This document shows, in pieces, positions 23,128 to 24,000 of a DNA stretch of 24,000 nucleotides (within the stretch, counting starts at the first letter, position 1; each line of letters starts with the position of its first letter). Made by a program: the position numbers and the translations under genes. Below the pieces are notes generated by a model. It was not told the origin of the DNA. It was given only the letters and a program-made list of their open reading frames with translations, and did not search any database. The DNA is from an uncultured Actinomycetota bacterium. GTDB lineage: Bacteria; Actinomycetota; Actinomycetes; Actinomycetales; Cellulomonadaceae. The stretch spans positions 79,670 through 103,669 of the forward strand of contig CAVZPH010000004.1 in assembly GCA_963777075.1 (NCBI GenBank). The letters are read 5' to 3'.

Positions 23128-24000
23128 ATGAGCTCGTCTCCTGTTCTGCCGGTGGCATCAACGGGCTCCGCCGACCATGTCGTCGGCACGCGCCCGCCGG
23201 AGCGCCGACCGCGGAGGGCCGCTGTCGTCTCGCGCCTCACGCCCTGGCTCTTCCTGCTGCCCGCTCTCGGTCTCTTCCTGAGCCTTGGCGTCTGGCCCAT
23301 CGTGCGGACCGCGTTCTTGAGCATGACGGACACGGTCGGCACGCGGGCAACCGGCCAGTTCGTCGGTCTCGACAACTACGCTCGCCTGGTCAAGGACCCG
23401 TACTTCCTCGAGTCGCTGTGGCACACGCTCGCCTGGATCCTGTTCAACCTGACGGTGCCGGTCCTGCTGGCGCTGTTCCTGGCGACGATGCTGAACCGGG
23501 CGATCGAGTCGAAGACGCTCAAGACGATGTTCTTCCTCCCGTTGGCCCTCTCGTTCCCAGCGATCGGGATCATCTGGACCTTCATCTATCAGCCTGACGT
23601 GGGGCTCCTGGACCAGCTCCTCGGTGCGGTGGGGCTCTCGGGACTGGAGCGGGAGTGGTTGGGACCGGATCACGCGCTGATCTCCTTGATGATCGCCGGT
23701 GCGTGGCGCGAGACGGCGTTCTTCATGGTGATCTTCCTGGCCGGGTTGACCGGTGTCCCGCAGGAGCTCATCGAGGCGTCGAAGATCGACGGGGCCAGCA
23801 GCTGGCAGTCGTTCTGGCACGTGACCCTCCCGCAGCTGCGGCCGGCGACGATGATCGTCGTCTCCTCGGCGATCGTGGGCGCGTTGCTGACGACCGACCT
23901 CGTGATGACGATGACCAAGGGCGGACCGTTCGGCAGGAGCGACGTCATCGGCTACCGCATGTACGTCGAGACCTTCTTCAACGGGAACATCGGCTATGGG
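23128..24000 (+). CDS. carbohydrate ABC transporter permease (MalF/UgpA type), 3' end outside the window
   Basis: My translation from the ATG at 23128, after GAGGGTGAGG: MSSSPVLP...LTPWLFLLPALGLF...EASKIDGASSWQSFWHVTLPQLRP (EAA loop). The ORF is missing from the track because there is no stop inside the window. Confidence 0.9.
   Translation, partial: MSSSPVLPVASTGSADHVVGTRPPERRPRRAAVVSRLTPWLFLLPALGLFLSLGVWPIVRTAFLSMTDTVGTRATGQFVGLDNYARLVKDPYFLESLWHTLAWILFNLTVPVLLALFLATMLNRAIESKTLKTMFFLPLALSFPAIGIIWTFIYQPDVGLLDQLLGAVGLSGLEREWLGPDHALISLMIAGAWRETAFFMVIFLAGLTGVPQELIEASKIDGASSWQSFWHVTLPQLRPATMIVVSSAIVGALLTTDLVMTMTKGGPFGRSDVIGYRMYVETFFNGNIGYG

Noticed and set aside
1-24000. CRISPR arrays, IS elements or transposases, rRNA genes
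   Set aside because: No regularly spaced repeat-spacer pattern, no transposase-like ORF or terminal inverted repeats, and no rRNA-like sequence were seen on either strand.

Overview
High-GC actinobacterial chromosomal window; core genes use almost only G/C-ending codons. I cannot assign a genus from sequence alone.

The left ~10.5 kb is ordinary housekeeping:
- the 5' end of an M13 peptidase gene
- rpiB
- an Eis-type GNAT
- a membrane PP2C/SpoIIE phosphatase, overlapped by an alkyltransferase-like (Atl) gene
- cysK-cysE
- a crcB pair
- a two-domain GNAT
- phnA/yjdM
- a mannitol PTS (mtlA-mtlF)

From ~10.6 kb the window is a mosaic, in this order:
- a wHTH regulator divergent from an SbtA-family permease
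- a tetR / NmrA-like pair
- a decayed internal fragment of a second sbtA copy
- a CPBP protease
- a 44-nt 3' half of tRNA-Gly(UCC) with no 5' half, read here as an att-core relic
- an overlapping XRE-HTH / AbiEii-MenT-like nucleotidyltransferase pair
- an excisionase-type HTH gene, with no integrase
- a 0.74-kb repeat-rich tract with no convincing gene
- a sugar-acid block: aldo/keto reductase, dgoD preceded by a 56-codon dgoA stump, iclR, an SMP-30 lactonase and an ABC permease

No rRNA gene, intact tRNA, CRISPR array or recognisable transposase was seen.

Most interesting observations:
1. A Ser/Cys-rich 24-codon leader ORF with alternative hairpins lies in front of cysK-cysE.
2. A tRNA-Gly att relic with arm-like repeats is followed by an HTH-NTase module in the position where an integrase would be expected.
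3. A 62-nt near-identical direct repeat links the live sbtA gene to its decayed copy and brackets the tetR/NmrA module.
4. A dgoA stump has kept its own SD and GTGA coupling to dgoD.

All functional calls rest on my own recognition of protein motifs. No database search was run.
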